A stretch of DNA of 64,000 bases, taken from positions 1,054,001 to 1,118,000 of the forward strand of contig NW_027117342.1 in the NCBI RefSeq assembly GCF_038025025.1, written 5' to 3'. The notes below the pieces were generated by a model that did no database searches, was not told the DNA's origin, and worked only from the letters and a program-made list of their open reading frames with translations. This document shows, one piece after another, positions 50,501-62,731 of this stretch. Position numbers and translations under genes: made by a program. How positions within the stretch are numbered: the stretch's first letter is position 1; every line of letters starts with the position of its first letter. Origin of the DNA: Phyllosticta citribraziliensis. Taxonomy: Eukaryota.

Positions 50501-51242
50501 GGCGGCGCCTGCTCTTTCTCTCGTGCTGGTCATCCTCGTAATCATCTCTTCCATTGTACCCCGCCTTCTCAGACCGTCTCTTCCGGGAGCCAAAATCCTC
50601 AGAGTCTCTTTCTCTATAGCGTTTCCTTTCCGGAACTTCACTTGTAATGGTATTCCCATACTTGTCCTCGAAGATCAATTCGTCGTTGCGTGAGCTGCGC
50701 TGTCGCGGCTTTTTGGGGGACCGTGACCGTGAACGAGATATTGAGCTTCGCCGATGCGTCTTTCGTCTGGATTCCTCAGTTTCGTAGCGAACAGGACTGA
50801 CACTGCCATTTCTGGGAGCAGCAGGACCCTTATCCGATGGCCGCTTGGCCGTGCCCGCCAGACCTTCGAGCATGGCGAAAGTGTCGTCTATTGTCTCGTC
50901 TTTGGCGTCGTCTTTGGCTGGAGCAGGGTCGTCTTCAGGAAGAAGGACCTCCTGGTCAGCCAGGGCTAGGCCTTTGAATCTTCGCGTCTTTTCTTGCAGC
51001 TTGAACTTTGGATGCATGGTGGTGACCAGACGATCGATACTCTTGAGTAAGCTGGCTTCCAAAGCGCCGTCGAGGTCTGGGTCAGTCAGAAACTCATCGC
51101 AAGACTTTGCCAGCAATCGTTTCTCGATGGCAAACTTGGCAAGATCTTTGCGTTGAGCTTCCGGGAGCTCCAAGTAGTTGCCGATTTCTCCGATGACAGC
51201 AGATTCGAGCGACAAGCGCTCCAATGATTCGATATCCGCCAT
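47541..51242 (-). CDS. PRP22: DEAH-box splicing helicase Prp22 (DHX8)
   Basis: Apparently intronless ORF from ATG 51242. RS-rich region, S1 domain (GIKDFGAFV...GLVHVSQM), [55 protein letters not shown]-terminal GGGGTWG. Confidence 0.97.
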   Translation of the reverse strand: MADIESLERLSLESAVIGEIGNYLELPEAQRKDLAKFAIEKRLLAKSCDEFLTDPDLDGALEASLLKSIDRLVTTMHPKFKLQEKTRRFKGLALADQEVLLPEDDPAPAKDDAKDETIDDTFAMLEGLAGTAKRPSDKGPAAPRNGSVSPVRYETEESRRKTHRRSSISRSRSRSPKKPRQRSSRNDELIFEDKYGNTITSEVPERKRYRERDSEDFGSRKRRSEKAGYNGRDDYEDDQHERKSRRRHRHDDDGFRRPPTPELEDDAPILNKVYAGHVTGIKDFGAFVKIHGVKGKVDGLVHVSQMSEDRVNHPTDLVSRGQEVKVKVLKMEGHRISLSMKEVDQISGDDLKPEKRFASGANSQGLGRDDNSGDVGFDVPAPDRIAPPANSVRMPMSDEDKFVLKQMKMAGVDIGAEYPDFVDQYEQGNINENGFLDEEEDVDIEVREEEPPFLAGQTKQSLELSPIRVVKAPDGSLNRAAMNADTVAQKRKELKQDEEKEVKAQEASKVNLSSQWNDPMAQERQFASDLRNAPASKTNEPVPEWKRITQGKTQTGKRTDMTIKEQRQSLPVYKFRKQLIEAVHNHQLLIVVGDTGSGKTTQLTQYLAEEGFANDGIIGCTQPRRVAAMSVAQRVADEVGCKLGAEVGYTIRFEDCTSPETKIKYMTDGIMQREILMDPMLTKYSVIMLDEAHERTIATDVLFGLLKKTLKKRPDLKLIVTSATLDADKFSEYFNKCPIFSIPGRTYPVEIMYSQEPAEDYLDTALTTVMQIHIMEPPGDILVFLTGKEEIDTSCEILHERMKKLGPSVPELIILPIYGALPSEVASRVFEPAPSGGRKVVIATNIAETSITIDGIYYVVDPGFVKQTAYDPKLGMDRLQVTPISQAQAKQRAGRAGRTGPGKCFRLYTESAFQSEMLPTTVPEIQRQNLSNTILMLKAMGINDLLHFDFMDPPPTNTMLTALEELYALSALDDEGLLTRLGRKMADFPIDPTLAKSLINSVDEQCSDEMLTIVAMISAVQQVWHRPRDKLQQADKQKAKFHDPNGDHLTLLNVYNAWRKSSFSVPWCYEHFIQPRSMKRVRDVRDQLITILERHRSRVVSCGADTKRVRKALCSGFFRNSARKEAAEGGYKTLVEGNIVHLHPSSALNGRHAEHVIYNSVVETTREYMQTVTSIEPRWLVEAAPTFFRVAPQDRLSERRKKMQIAPLGGRNGETTLLGQQGPRNRGGGGTWG

Positions 51243-53164
51243 TTCAAATATTTGGATGGGTGCAATCCCTGGCAACTATTCCCTTCTACGACTGTGCACA
51301 GGGGGAGGAGAGGGTATTATGCGCCCCTCGGGAAAAGTGGCGGGCGGTGGAAGCGGGGGCGAGATGGGTCTGAATGGAAGTGTTCGGCGGAGAGTTCGAG
51401 GTAGCGGGAAGCTAGAGTTCGAGGAGGTGGGCAAGCATTTGGAAGATGTCCAAGGGCCAGAGACGGGTGGTATCGTGAATGCGCGAAGGGCGTGCGAGGC
51501 GGATAGCGCGAAGGGTAAAGCTAGGCAGCGCGTCCGGGTTCGAAGTCGAAATGCGGGTTGAGGTTGCGGTCGGTGAAGGTTAGAAAGGTGCGAGGCTTAA
51601 GGAGTGTGCGGACCAGGTCCAAGTGTCGTTGAAGTCGTTCAAGTTGCGCCCAAGCCGATGATGCAGGTTGTGGACGGCATTCGCGCTAAGCACCAGGAAC
51701 AAATCGCGGATGGCGGCGAAGCAGGCGGTCAGGTATACGCGCTAACCGTATGGAGGAAGTACGGAACTTAGTAAGCGATTGTCCACGATACGGGTACGAC
51801 GTCTGCTCATTTTTCCAATCCATCGTACAACCAAACACGACGGCGCTTGTGTCTGCGGCACGTTTCGAGTCATTGTCAACCCCGACGTGCGTCGTCAGCA
51901 AAGAGGGCGCAATTCCGTGGACAAGATAAGTTGGGTCGCCCCGCCGCGTTGGGAGTGGGTAGACGTGGTCGTCGAGCCAGCCCAACTGACGCCAGTCACC
52001 AATGATGTCTACCTGCCTGTTGGCACAGAAGTAAGCGCAGCAAGGTTGGAAACGGGATTTTTTGCATTCCTGCACGCGGCAAACGAACGGCCAAAGGCGA
52101 AAGCTTAAAGCCGACTAATCAAACGGATCGACAGCCAGGGAGTATTGTGGAGTCGCGGCTACAGATTCAAGTTGGCTCGTGAGGCAAGGGATGGTCCTGT
52201 ACGTCCAGGCAGTATCAAACACCAACGCTCAAGCAATGCAAGAGAAGGACAACGACCAAGAAAGCTCAGCTGCCAGACGGGACGAGGTGGATGACCCGAG
52301 ATAAAACAAAAGACGCGAGGCGAAGGAAGCGGGTGGGATGAAGATGAGGTTTCGCGGAGCGCTAGGATGGAAAGGATGGACAGCGGGACGAATGACCGTG
52401 TGGCTCAGCGCCAACACACACAAGCTAAAACTTGGCCGATGGCGTGGGGTCGTGGCGCAAGAGCTACCAGGGTCGTATTCAAGGTTATAGAGGGCGCACG
52501 CTGCCGTCGTCGGGGCTGCGGTTCGTCCTACACCACCGACAAGCACGGCGATATCAGACAAGCCTTTTCCCAGCTGCGTTGCCCCCCGGTGTTTGGTCGC
52601 CAAATCCGAGAGCCAACGCGTCGCAATCTCTTAGCACAACTTGGCGGCGCGTCTGGAAAAGCTTAGGCCGCCTCCCGAGCCTGATCTGCCCGCCGATTCG
52701 CCCTCTCTCCGTCGTCCACACAGCCACACCGCCGCATACCACTGCATCCCCTTGGTCTGTCCCTGACTTCTCCTCCGACAAGCTGTTTGTCTCCCCGTCT
52801 TCTGCACAACCTACTGGACACCTCTAGTGCCCGTCGCCATCTCCTGCCGCTTCTGCTCTCTGCCTCCACGTCGCCGGCTCGACATCACGCTGCACTCCTC
52901 CAGTTCGGTCAGGCCGCCACCACCGCGCCGTCACTGCGACAACACACCACACTCCTATCCTGCCGAACAAGCCCAAAACATCTCGTCGGACAAGGCATCC
53001 AAAGGCCCACCCGTTGCCCTGCGTCAATCTTTTTTCCCTGCAGCACACAGCACTCAATTCATTGCTGCCAGCCTCTGGAAATTTACCTTTTTTTGCCAAG
53101 CGCACGTCCACAAAGTTTCTGGGAGCCTCATTCCTGATCCCTTGGCTCCCCAACTTTTCCAACC

Positions 53165-55025
53165 ATGCGTATGTTTCCCCAAGTTTTGCCCCAAGATTGC
53201 CGCAACAAAATGGCCTTCGCGCAATTCCACCGCACACTGATCAATCGCTTACTATGCCATCCGTAGATACCATCAAGTCTAAAGCTCGGCACACGGCTTG
53301 GAAGGTTGGCAAGAGCAAGACCAATTGGAATCCATGGGCGCGCAAAATTTCGCATACCGGCGACTCTCTCTATGATGAGGAGAATCCGCGGCCGTCGACC
53401 GGAGGCTCTGGAGCTTCGAGAGCGCACTCTGAAGGTTGCGTTCAGAACGCATCGGAGTTGGGCCGCGGCCAGGACTCGCAGACCACTGGAGTCAACCATG
53501 CAGCCACCGATCCCACCTCTGCACAGCCGCTGAACATGCAGGCACTTACGGAACCCAAGGATTCGGCCAGCACTGGTACAACCGTCAACAGCGCAAGGCA
53601 GAGGAGACCAGGCAGAACTGAGACGTCTGGGGGAGACGTGGGGCCAGAGCGCCATGACACGAGCAAGACGAGGAAAAGGCCGCACATCACCCCCTGGACT
53701 CAATTCAAACACGTCGTATTTGGATCGTGGGTCAACATTCTGCTCCTGGCCGTCCCGGCGGGCTTTGCTGTCAACTATGCACATCTCAACGGCATCATCG
53801 TCTTTGTCATCAACTTCATCGCCATCATCCCACTTGCTGGCATGCTGAGCTATGCCACTGAGGAGCTTGCTCTCCACATCGGCGAGACGCTTGGAGGTTT
53901 GCTCAATGCCTCGTTTGGGTAAGTTTTGCAGCACTGTCCAAAATTTTCGGGGACTGACTTCCGTCTAGAAATGCTGTCGAGTTGATTGTTGGTATTCAAG
54001 CCCTCGTCAAGGACGAGATTGTCATTACCAAGACTTCCCTGATTGGAAGCATGCTGTCCAACCTACTTCTCGTTATGGGCATGTGCTTCTTCTTTGGAGG
54101 TGTCAACCGCCTCGAGCAATTCTTCAACGTCACTGTCGCTCAAACAGCTGCGAGTCTGCTGGCACTCGCAGTCGCCAGTCTTATCATTCCCACCGTTTTT
54201 AGGTTGTATGTCGAGCCGTCAAACGAAGTCGGTGACTTGGTCGACACGGATGCTTTATCACGCGGAACCTCTGTCATTCTTCTTTTCGTCTACGGCTGCT
54301 ATTTGCTGTTCCAGCTCAAGACTCATGCTACCATGTACAACGAGCCCGGCAAAAAGGTCGAAAAGATTAATCAGGTAGAAAAGGGAGCTGCCCTGAAAGG
54401 CATTGCCCAGGTCGGCGCCGGTGCTGCCTCTGCGGTAGGCGGCAAGGTAAACCAGGACAACCTCGTTCAAGACGACGATGAGGATGAGGAGGAAGTCCCC
54501 GTTTTGACCGTTTGGGGTGCGCTCGTTGCCCTTGCTGGATCGACTGTCCTGGTTGCATTCTGCTCCGAGTTCATGGTCGACAACATCCAATCTGTCGCGG
54601 GCAATGGCAAAGGCATGTCCGAAACTTTCCTTGGTCTCATCCTTCTTCCCATCGTCGGAAATGCAGCAGAACACGCCACGGCTGTCACTGTCGCCATGAA
54701 GGACAAGATGGACCTTGCCATTGGTGTCGCTGTCGGCTCTAGCATGCAAATTGCGCTGCTCGTTATCCCGGTCAACGTTCTGATCGGCTGGATCGTAAGT
54801 TGGCCCCATCTCCACCGAATCTGAACAACATGCTTACCACCCGATTAGCTCGGCAAGGACGACATGAACCTCGATTTTGAGGCGTTCCAGATTGTCGTTC
54901 TCTTCGTTTCCGTCCTCCTCGTCAACTATCTGATCGGCGACGGCAAGTCGCACTGGCTAGAGGGCATGCTGCTGATGACGACATACCTCATCATAGCCGT
55001 TGCTGCCTTTGTCACCCCGACCTAA
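53165..55025 (+). CDS. VCX1: Ca2+/H+ exchanger (CAX family, Vcx1-like)
   Basis: Exons 53165-53168 (ATGC), 53267-53918, 53969-54794, 54849-55025; alternative in-frame ATG at 53254. Alpha repeats GGLLNASFGNAVELI and LILLPIVGNAAEH, GSMLSNLLLV, FQLKTH, acidic loop, GVAVGSSMQIAL, DGKSHWLEG. It may be a paralog rather than the strict orthologue. Confidence 0.92.
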
Positions 55026-57299
55026 ACTTTTGATTTGCGCGAGCACGAGCTGGGCGTTTTTGGTGTTGGAACTCATCGCACTTGAGCATGGCGGCGGAGT
55101 GTCCGTGTTGCCTGCGTGTTGGATCGTCTACGGCATACCCCCTCTCCCGGTTCTTGCACCTAACGATTTCGAAGAACTTTTTTTGGCACTCGAAAAGACT
55201 TTAACTTTTTCTTGGTTGAAAAGCGCTTTGGCAAAGTAACTACCCCTCCCGCAATCCCCCCCTTTCCGCTCATCGGCTTTGGGAAGCTTTTCTAGTATCT
55301 AATGGGATAATACCGATTCGGCCACTTGTGAGCGAGTCTGGACGGAAATCGCTTCGTTGCAGGAGTCACCGGCGTGGTGGTGGATTTTTCTACCATTGCC
55401 TCTTTTACGATTTCTCTTTTCTCTCTTTCCTCTTTTCATGTCTCAATACTTGCTTCCGTTTCTGCCTGTCTGGTTGTCGGGCCCTTTTTCAGCTTTCTGG
55501 ATTTCTCACACTCCATTTTCCGGTTCAAAACCTGTTAGTCAGTAAGGCCGCTCGGAAGAGGGGAAAAATATGAAGCCCTTGCAAAAATCTTTAAGATAAT
55601 TTGGATCGATGACTTGTGGTTTTGGACTGTACGCTCAAAAGCGCTTTGTCTACTTTCCAAAACGATCTGGAAACGGTAATGTTGTCCTAGCTAAGCTCCT
55701 CCGTCCTCTGAAAGATCTGCAGGCCAGCACTCCGACCGCAATGACGACTTTACGGGGTTGAATGTCTCCCATTTCTACCTCGTCCCTCCAAAACGTCATG
55801 AACATCTGAGACAAGACTCAATCGTTCACACTTCTGTCAAAATCTCTACCTGCTTTGGAAGGCACTTCCCCGAGCCCGACTAGATCTCTTTTTGCGAGGG
55901 GCTTTGAACATATCTTCGCCTTTTCGGCTGATGCGCTCCTTCTCCCTTCGATACCATCTTGTGCCCGATCCACGTCAACCTCACCGTATCTCTCTTCCGC
56001 AACAGCGTAGAATTCTCCGGCGTCCGCCCCCATTGAGCAAGCACCTCCCGCGCTTGCATGATCTGACGCCTCCCACGGCAACCGGGTAAGGAACACTTAA
56101 AAACGTCACATCTCATCCGACCTCCCTCTCTTCTTCACCAACCTCGACTCCCTCCACCCTAAATTCGACACTCACATTCCGCCCTCTCATGCCCCTACGA
56201 AGCAGGCACCTGCCGCTGGTCCATGACCTGACGTCCTCTTTCTTGAGGTCCTCGGCAAGAGCTCTTTAAAGCCCGTCTCATCCATCTAGCCTCCCTCTCC
56301 TCCTCATCACCCTCGACTCCACGATTCCCTGCCCTCAACACTCTCACTGCACCGTCCCACGTCCCGAAAAGGCAAGCACCCTCCAAGCTTGCTCGATCTG
56401 CCGTCTTCTTCCGAGGCCCAGCGCAGGGACCTTCAAAAGCGTCTCGTCCCATCTCATCTCCCTCTCCTCTTCACCCACCTCGACTGCACGCAATACATCC
56501 ACAATCCACAATACCTTCTTGGTTCATCACACCTTCCCTCGAAGCGAGCGGGTACCTTCCAACTGGTGAGTGATCTGCTTGGGTCTCTTGATCCGACCCT
56601 CGTCTTTTCTTCGTCGACCTCGCCTCCACTCTCAATCTTCAACATCTCTCTTGCTTCACCACTTCGCTTCTGAGCAAGCGCCTCACTTCCAACGGTTGAT
56701 CTGCTTGGAGCTCTTGCAAGCCACCTCGTCTTCTCACGTCTTCCTCCCTTCATCATCCTCGAACCTACTCGACCCACCTTCACTTCATCTTCAACAATCT
56801 CAACTCTACGCTCAATCCTCTACGTCTTCTTGCTTCCCTCGTCCAAGCTGACGTTAAAACTTCACAGAGACGACTCGTTCCAAGCGGGCATCGACTTGTG
56901 TTCCATCACAAGCAGCAACAAAATCTGGTCATCCGTCGATCGAACCACCCTCTCACCTGCAACTCGAGTCCACGCCAATCACTCACGGCTTCACGACCGA
57001 CAATTTCAAAAGCTCCCAGCCTGAAACATCTCTACGCGCCCTCATACTCACCTCTTCAACATCACTGCAATCGGCTCGCTTAACTCGCCGCTTCCTGGCT
57101 CTCTCAAAATCGACTGCAGTTTTGACTTGAGCACTCGTGAGTACACTCCAAGTCGATTCTTCGCCTTCCTCATTTCCATTCCCGCCACCCCAGTGCTTCG
57201 AACACGAGCTTATATCTCAAACAGAAACCAAATCGACGGACAGCGTGCCAGACCGTCGCCTGCTTGACTACCACCAAGATCTACCGAAGCAAGGCCCAT

Positions 57300-60200
57300 A
57301 TGATGGCACCTGGCTTCAATTTTACTACCTCCCGGCCGGCAGTCAGAAGGCGAGATGGTGACTCGGAGGCCATGCCCACCGATACCACCAAGATCAAAGC
57401 CGAGGACTTTGGAGACAGTTGGTTTCCCACTTCGTCGACCAAGTATGCAGGCTTCGGAAATGACAACGACCACCCGATTTGCCTCGATGACGTCAAGATA
57501 AAGCAAGAGGATGACGATGGTGACGATGATGCCTGGGTACCGGCAACTTTCAAGCCGTACGCAGACGTGGGCCACGCGAAGAACAACCCAATTGTCCTCG
57601 ACGACGATGACGATGACAACGCCGCCAACGCCGCGGCCGGCAGTGCTGCTGCTGCTGCTACTGCTGAAGCTGGTACCAACGACAATGGCGGCAGCGAGGA
57701 GCAAGGTGCTGGTGACGACGGCGACGGTGACGGCGACGGTGACGGCGACGGTGACGGCGACGGTGACGGCGATGCCATCGAAGTCAACAAAAAGGATAGC
57801 GGAGAGGACATGGTTATGACCGACTCTCGAGGTGGCGGCGTTCGAACAGGAGACCTGATCATTCTTGACGAAGGAGAGGACAACGACGACCAAGCCCAGC
57901 GTGCTCGCCTCAGCACTTTTGAGCCTGCACGGTGTGAGACTACATCTTCTTCCGAGCCGGACTTTCCAAACGAGATTCCACGAAATCCGAATCATGTCCT
58001 TTCTCAGTCGCCGTCTCTGTACTCTCGCGACATCCCTATCCAGTCAATCGAGGTTCCGCCAGTGCCTGCCCAGGATCACCAAGCTTCCACTATCGATGAG
58101 CCCTTGGAAGAGCCTGAAGTCGGTGTTCAAGGAGTATTCGACCCGCCGGACGTCAACATGGATCGACACCAGTCCAACGAAGGCAACACAGAAAACGCGG
58201 ACCAGGTCGGTGTTGCCAACATGGATCGACACCAGTCCGACGTAGGCGAAAGTGAGAACGTGAACCAGGGCGAAGATGTCAACATGGACCACCACTCGTC
58301 CAACGGAGACGACACTGCTAATTTGGACCGGGTAGAAGATGTCAATATGGATCGACACTCGTCCAACGGAGACGACACTGCTAATTTGGACCGGGTAGAA
58401 GATGTCAATATGGATCGACACTCGTCCAATGGAGACGAAGACACTGCACGTCCGAACCAGGTCAATCATGATGGCTTGGGGAGCTCCCATGCCCACAGCA
58501 AAGACCGTTTCGATCCACTGGCCATCACGTCTTCTGCTGCCAGTCCACCTCAGCAAGATGAATCGGAACCAAAGCCGAACGAGAGCAAGCCCGCCGATTT
58601 TTTCTTTGCACTCTCTTGCTTTCAGGGTCAGAGTCGCAGTCCCGCAGAGTCCTCTTCCAAAGAAGCCACAAATTATGTTCCAGTCCACCTTCGACCGCAG
58701 CCGGAGGACGAAAATGCGCTTGCGGCATCCGAATTTGCTGAGTTTGAGAAATCCCACAACGCAAAGGTAGAAGCCGGCATCAATTTGGTGGAGGACGACA
58801 TCGACTATTTCCGCCGCAGATCGCAAGAAAAAGCACGGAAAAAGCGCGTTGCCGAAGAAGCTCGCGCACTGCCATCACCGTCCCCGGAACGTGATGTTGA
58901 CGAGGAAGCCAACTGGACCGGCGGCCCTCGCTACAACAGTGAGGTTCCTCTATTTTGCTCACGTTCCCCTCAAATGAATCTGGCAATTCGGAAGCGACCT
59001 GCCGAAGACGAAGAACACGAAGATGAAAATGTGGACCAGGACCAGCTCGCTCCGGAGGAAATTGACACGAAGAACGAGCCCAACCGCAGCAAGAAGCGAG
59101 TCAAAAAATCCGACGATACGGAACAGGAGCTGGCGAATGCTCTCGGTACCGCCCTCAAAAAGGTCGGCCGACCACCCGGCGTCAAGAATGGCCAGGGGAA
59201 AGGAAAGAAAAAGGCAGCGCCGAAGGGCAAGGGCAAGAAGACCGACGCCATCTCTGGAGGTCGACTCCTTGATACTGGGTCGCTTTTGACTGCCAATGCC
59301 ATCAGAGATGCAAACGCAAATGAAGCCGACCCTGCAACTTACAGGGATGAAGAAAGGGCCATTACTCGAAAGGATGAAGCCCTCAAGCGTCTGCTTGCTA
59401 CTGTGCCTTTGGAACACAAGAAGTCTGCCCAGCTGGACAAGAAAGATCTCTATGAAGCCACGAAGAAGTTTGCGGGTCAAGGCTCTTGCAAAGTAGACGG
59501 AAAGGGTGACTGGATCGTAAACGGTATGAAGTCGTCCTTGAGGAATTACCAGGTGATCGGAGCAGGGTTCATGAGAGAAAGAGAGCGTGGAGACGATCTT
59601 CCGAAGGGAGGAATTTGCTCCGATACCATGGGATTTGTAAGTCAATCCTTTTCCAAGAATTTGAGGGTTTTCTGCTAACAAACTGTGCAGGGAAAGACGG
59701 TGATGACGCTGAGCTGTATTGTCAACGACCTTCTCTTTCGAAGGAGAACGAAAGATCCAGGACCACGGACCACATTGATAGTCGTGCCGTCCACCTTGGT
59801 TGCGCAATGGAGAGGCGAGATAGAAAAACACGTCAAGGTCAAGGAGAACAAGATGAAGGTCATGACCTATCGTTCTGGCTCCCGGATCGACAGTAACGAC
59901 GGACCGGAAATGCTTGCCTCATACGACATCGTCGTCACTACTTACTATGAAGTCATGCACAGCTTTCCGAAGGGCGAAATTCCATTGCACTTGCAGACAA
60001 GCGAGGAGAAGCAGCGATGGTGGAAGAAATTCTTCGACAAGCACAAGGGTCTGCTCCACCATGTGGAGTTCCGCCGCATCGTTTTGGACGAAGCGCAACA
60101 AATCAAGAATCACAAAGGCCGCACATCGTTGGCTTGTCGCCAAATATCAGCTGAGCTCAGATGGGCGCTTTCCGGAACCCCGATTCTCAATGGACCACTC

Positions 60201-62073
60201 GAGCTCTACGCTTACTTCAAGTTTCTCAAGGTTCCGAGCACCGGGAGCTTCCGCATCTTCAAAGCCAACTACTATGGTATCTACCCCACCAATTCCATTT
60301 CCTTGCTGGCGCTTCTTATTTACAACACTTAGGCAACAACGAGGCTGAAAAGCTCCAGCGACTGGAATTGATCCTTCAATCCTTTATGTTGAGAAGAACG
60401 CACAAAGTAAGAAGACCCTTGAAACGTAACAGCTGCTTCTTGCTGACTGCGTATTGTTTTCAGGACAGACTCTTCGGTGTGCCGATCTTGAAACTTCCCA
60501 AGGCAGGAGAATACACCCAGGTGTGCAAGTTCAACGATACGGAGCGCGCCGTCTATGAAATCGTGCGGAAGCGCATGATCGAGAAAATCAATTCCTTCTC
60601 TCGAGACAACACACTTCAGCGTAACTACTCGAACGTGCTAGTCATGCTGCTGCGACTTCGACAAATGACGGGCAACTTGATTCTTGTCGAGACTGTCATG
60701 CGGGATTTGTTGCTGCCTGAAGATCACGAAAAATTGGCACAATTGACCTTGGTTGAGGGGCACATTGACGACCAAAGGGAAGCGCAAATAGTCGGTCTGC
60801 GCCGGATCCTGGCCCAAAACAGTGTCGCAAACCAACCTGATCCTTCGACATCATCGGAAGATGGTACTCAGCAGCCGTATGAGCTGCCAGAAGCAGACGA
60901 ACAAGTCAAGACTGGCATGATGCATGGCCTGACTTACAACTTCGGCAAGTATCTGGCGACACTCCGTCAAGGAAAACAATGGGAGGAGCTTCAGGCTCGC
61001 ACGCTCTGCTCAGAATGTCGACAACTCCCTGAGGACCCCATGGTCACGTCTTGCTACCACATTTACTGCAATATGTGCCTTGAACAGGTGCAGCACAGGG
61101 CAGCCGCCCGAGGAACCCAGCATGCCCGTTGCTCCACGTGCCAGGATGAATACAGCAAGGCAATCCCCTGCGGCAACTACGAACTCGAATCGGTTGTGCA
61201 ATCGCAAGACTTCGAGTCAGACTCAGAGGCCGGACCAACATCAAGGTATTGGAAGAGGAAGCCACGCAAGAAGGCCAAGGACAACAAGAGTGATGAGGAG
61301 ATCATCCAGAACTGGATCGACCTGAATGGTAGCGTTTTGCCATCTGCGAAGACTATTGCCGTTAAGTCCCAGGTGTGCTTTTTCGCGAGATCCGCACATG
61401 GCACAGTAGCTGACAAGAACAGGTTTTGAACTGGCTCGAAGAGGACCCTAGTTGCAAAATCATCATCTACACTCAATTCGTGACGATAATTCAAATCCTA
61501 GCGAAAGTCTGTCAGCAGGAGCGCTGGGGTTACTGCGAATTCCAGTATGTCTGCCACCAAACAAATCATCAAGGTTACATGGTCGCTAACCATTTACCCA
61601 GCGGCAAAATGAGTCTTGATCAACGAGACACAACGATCAAGCGCTTCGGCGAAAAGCCAGAAATAAAGATTATGTTGGCCAGCCTAAAGTGCGGCGGAAT
61701 CGGCCTCAACCTCACCATGGCCAACCACGTCATCTCCGTCGACAGTTGGTGGAATTTAGGACTGGAGCAGCAAGCATTTGGCAGGGTCTTCCGCATCGGA
61801 CAGAATCGGGCCTGCAGCCTGACCAAACTGACCGTTCAGGGGACCATCGACGAGGAAATGATCGCCATGCAGAACCGGAAGCAAGCCCAGATCGACAGCG
61901 TCATGGGCGACGAGAAATCAGAGGGCAAGAAGTTGACCATTGTGGAGATGATGCGGCTGTTCGGACGGGTCGAGGAAGATGAGGGCACGGGAAGGCCTTT
62001 CATCGTCGTCGAAAACCAAGACACGGTGCCCCGCTTCGACCAGGACTCCGAGGACGAAGGCGACGAGGAATGA
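57300..62073 (+). CDS. SNF2-family ATPase with embedded C3HC4 RING (Rad5/Rad16/Uls1-Rrp-like)
   Basis: Exons 57300-59636, 59691-60276, 60333-60406, 60464-61372, 61423-61544, 61602-62073. Walker A DTMGF|GKT, TLIVVP, VLDEAQQIKN, RWALSGTP, RING CSEC...CYHIYCNMC...CSTC, SLKCGGIGLNLT, QAFGRVFRIGQ; long acidic N-terminus. Confidence 0.93.
57717..57773 (+). repeat. (GACGGCGACGGT)n coding repeat, Asp-Gly dipeptide run
   Basis: About 4.5 copies of a 12-mer encoding DGDGDG... Confidence 0.9.
58149..58466 (+). repeat. 63-bp coding minisatellite (5 x 21 aa) in the SNF2 N-terminus
   Basis: The ATG of the NMD(R/H)H unit recurs at 58158, 58221, 58284, 58347 and 58410 (exact 63-nt period); unit ~DVNMDRHSSNGDDTANLDRVE. 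Confidence 0.92.
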
Positions 62074-62731
62074 GTGGGTTCCTTTCCTCCTTTCCATTTC
62101 ATTTCGACGGTCGAAGATGCGAAAATGCTTGGTGTCTGCCCAATTGATGGATCTGGTTGGACACATTACCCCATTGGGTACTTTCCCTGTCTTTTGGTTT
62201 CCCCCCCTTGACGACTTGCCTGCACAAAAGCTTTAACACTTTTCTTCTTTTCTTTTTTGGTTTGGGGGGACTTATTCTGGTCGATTTTTGCTTGCTTCTG
62301 GTTCCCACAAAAATTTGGCACAGGCCGGGAGGGAGGGAGGGAGGGAGGGAGGGAGGTGCTTGCTTTTGCTTCATTTGCTCAGCTCTACTCAGGTGGACGG
62401 ATCTATTTGCGACGGATATCAATCACGGCAGGCACGAGAGGAAGTCTACGGTTCTCCGGGAGCCAGAGGAGGTCTCTGGTCACTCCCCACTCATGGGGTA
62501 GTCAAAAAGGGGGTGGGCTCAGGGGACTGAAAGCCTTTACTAGTGGATAGCTCTTGCTCAGGTTGCTTCAAACAAAAAATGATGATTTGCTTACAATGGA
62601 TGGCTCAGGACGTAATCTTGAGACGAGGGCAAAGAGTGTGTTGCGCCGGGCCTGAACGTGTAGAGAGAGACCGTAAGCGACGTCGTCGCTGCGTCCGATC
62701 TTGTCCGTCTTGTAAGGGACGGCGCTGCTAA

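Noticed and set aside
51498..51552. A-box/B-box-like TAGCGCGAAGGG...GGTTCGAAGTC upstream of PRP22
   Set aside because: No cloverleaf, acceptor stem or T-run terminator; not callable as tRNA or SINE.
32915..55025. Possible vacuole/calcium functional cluster (CSC1, ATG18, VCX1, plus VMA8) or secondary-metabolite cluster (MFS, protease, ADH)
   Set aside because: Genes are interspersed with unrelated housekeeping genes; no backbone synthase or cluster regulator is present.
60407..61601. Apparent 19-aa insertions in the SNF2 ATPase ORFs
   Set aside because: They are ordinary 57-nt in-frame GT-AG introns (60407-60463, 61545-61601) with branch points.
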